Positions 62,401-64,000 of a DNA stretch of 64,000 nt are shown one piece after another. Under the pieces are notes generated by a model, which was not told the DNA's origin, made no database searches, and saw only the letters and a program-made list of their open reading frames with translations. Every line of letters begins with the position of its first letter. Within the stretch, counting starts at the first letter, position 1. A program made the translations under genes and the position numbers. The DNA is from Eledone cirrhosa (taxonomy: Eukaryota), in assembly GCA_964016885.1 (NCBI GenBank), contig OZ024741.1, forward strand, positions 32,798,001 to 32,862,000, read 5' to 3'.

Positions 62401-64000
62401 GTCTTACAGTATATATGTGTCTTACAGTATATATGTGTGTCTTACAGTATATATGTTTCTTACAGTATATATATATGTGTCTTACAGTATCTATGTGTCT
62501 TACAGTATCTATGTGTCTTACAGTATATATATGTGTCTTACAGTATCTATGTGTCTTACAGTATCTATGTGTCTTACAGTATATATGTGTCTTACAGTAT
62601 ATATGTGTCTTACAGTATATATGTGTCTTACAGTATATATATGTGTCTTACAGTAAATATGTGTCTTACAGTATATATATGTGTCTTACAGTATAGATGT
62701 GTCTTACAGTATATATGTGTCTTACAATATATATATGTGTCTTACAGTATCTATGTGTCTTACAGTATATATGTGTCTTACAGTATATATATGTGTCTTA
62801 CAGTATATGTGTGTCTTACAGTATATATGTGTCTTACAGTATATATATGTCTCTTACAGTATCTATGTGTCTTACAGTATGTATGTGTCTTACAGTATAT
62901 ATGTGTCTTACAGTATATATGTGTCTTACGGTATATATGTGTCTTACAGTATATCTATGTGTCTTACAGTATATATGTGTCTTACAGTATATATATGTGT
63001 CTTACAGTATATATGTGTCTTACAGTATATATGTGTGTTACAGTATATATATGTGTCTTACAGTATATATGTGTCTTACAGTATATCTATGTGTCTTACA
63101 GTATATATATGTGTCTTACAGTATATATGTGTCTTACAGTATATATATGTGTCTTACAGTATATATGTGTCTTACAGGATATATGTGTCTTACAGTATAT
63201 ATGTGTCTTACAGTATACATGTGTCTTACAGTATATATCTGTCTTACAGTATATATGTGTCTTACAGTATATATGTGTCTTACAGTATATATGTGTCTTA
63301 CAATATATATGTGTCTTACAGTATATATGTGTCTTACAGTATATATGTGTCTTACAGTATATATGTGTCTTACAGTATATATGTGTCTTACAGTATATAT
63401 GTGTCTTACAGTATATATATGTGTCTTACAGTATCTATGTGTCTTACAGTATCTATGTGTCTTACAGTATATATATGTGTCTTACAGTATCTATGTGTCT
63501 TACAGTATATATGTGTCTTACAGTATATATGTGTCTTACAGTATATATATGTGTCTTACAGTATATATGTGTCTTACAGTATATATATGTGTCTTACAGT
63601 ATAGATGTGTCTTACAGTATATATGTGTCTTATAGTATATATATGTGTCTTACAGTATCTATGTGTCTTACAGTATATATGTGTCTTACAGTATATATAT
63701 GTGTCTTACAGTATATATGTGTCTTACAGTATATATGTGTCTTACAGTATATATATGTGTCTTACAGTATATATGTGTCTTACAGTATATATGTGTCTTA
63801 CAGTATCTATGTGTCTTACAGTATCTATGTGTCTTACAGTATATATAGGTGTTTACAGTATCTATGTGTCTTACAGTATATATGTGTCTTACAGTATATA
63901 TGTGTCTTACAGTATATATATGTGTCTTACAGTATATATGTGTCTTACAGTATATATATGTGTCTTACAGTATAGATGTGTCTTACAGTATATATGTGTC
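44402..64000 (-). repeat. Same 18-bp satellite in reverse orientation (ATATATGTGTCTTACAGT), continuing past window end
   Basis: Continuous tandem array; orientation flips at CATATATAC-T-GTATATATG (44401). Confidence 0.98.

Noticed and set aside
29921-63975. MCLTVY / VSYSIY / CVLQYI repeat ORFs
   Set aside because: The 18-bp unit has no stop on one strand in any frame; ORF strand flips with the array; no coding signal.
30177-64000. CRISPR-like or telomeric array
   Set aside because: No unique spacers, no cas genes, eukaryotic context; the unit is not a TTAGGG-type repeat.
44402-64000. TGTCTTACAG resembles a splice acceptor in every unit
   Set aside because: No gene context or exon evidence in the window.

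Overview
Eukaryotic, gene-free, repeat-saturated window. The SINE types and huge (AT)n fields resemble cephalopod/octopus DNA, which is an inference from recall. 1-11.8 kb is a graveyard of retroelements wedged between (AT)n tracts: SINE fragments, five fold-back palindromes, two 5'-truncated CR1/L2-group LINE copies and two copies of a ~610-bp non-autonomous RTE derivative. 11.8-27.6 kb is a ~16-kb degenerate (AT)/(AC) field with hidden kb-scale duplications, carrying a third RTE-derivative copy and its empty site. 27.6-30 kb holds hammerhead-bearing fragments and a Penelope element (RT on +, GIY-YIG C-terminus on -), cut by a 200-N gap. 30.2-64 kb is an 18-bp satellite, ACTGTAAGACAC(AT)3, with higher-order repeats and an exact strand flip at 44401 forming a multi-kb palindrome. 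Main candidate system: small Penelope-type elements carrying minimal type-I hammerhead ribozymes and sitting at (AT)n. Two share a compensatory U3:A8 core (UUGAAAA), and one fold-back turns exactly at the ribozyme stem II. Nearly all long ORFs in the track are repeat artefacts.
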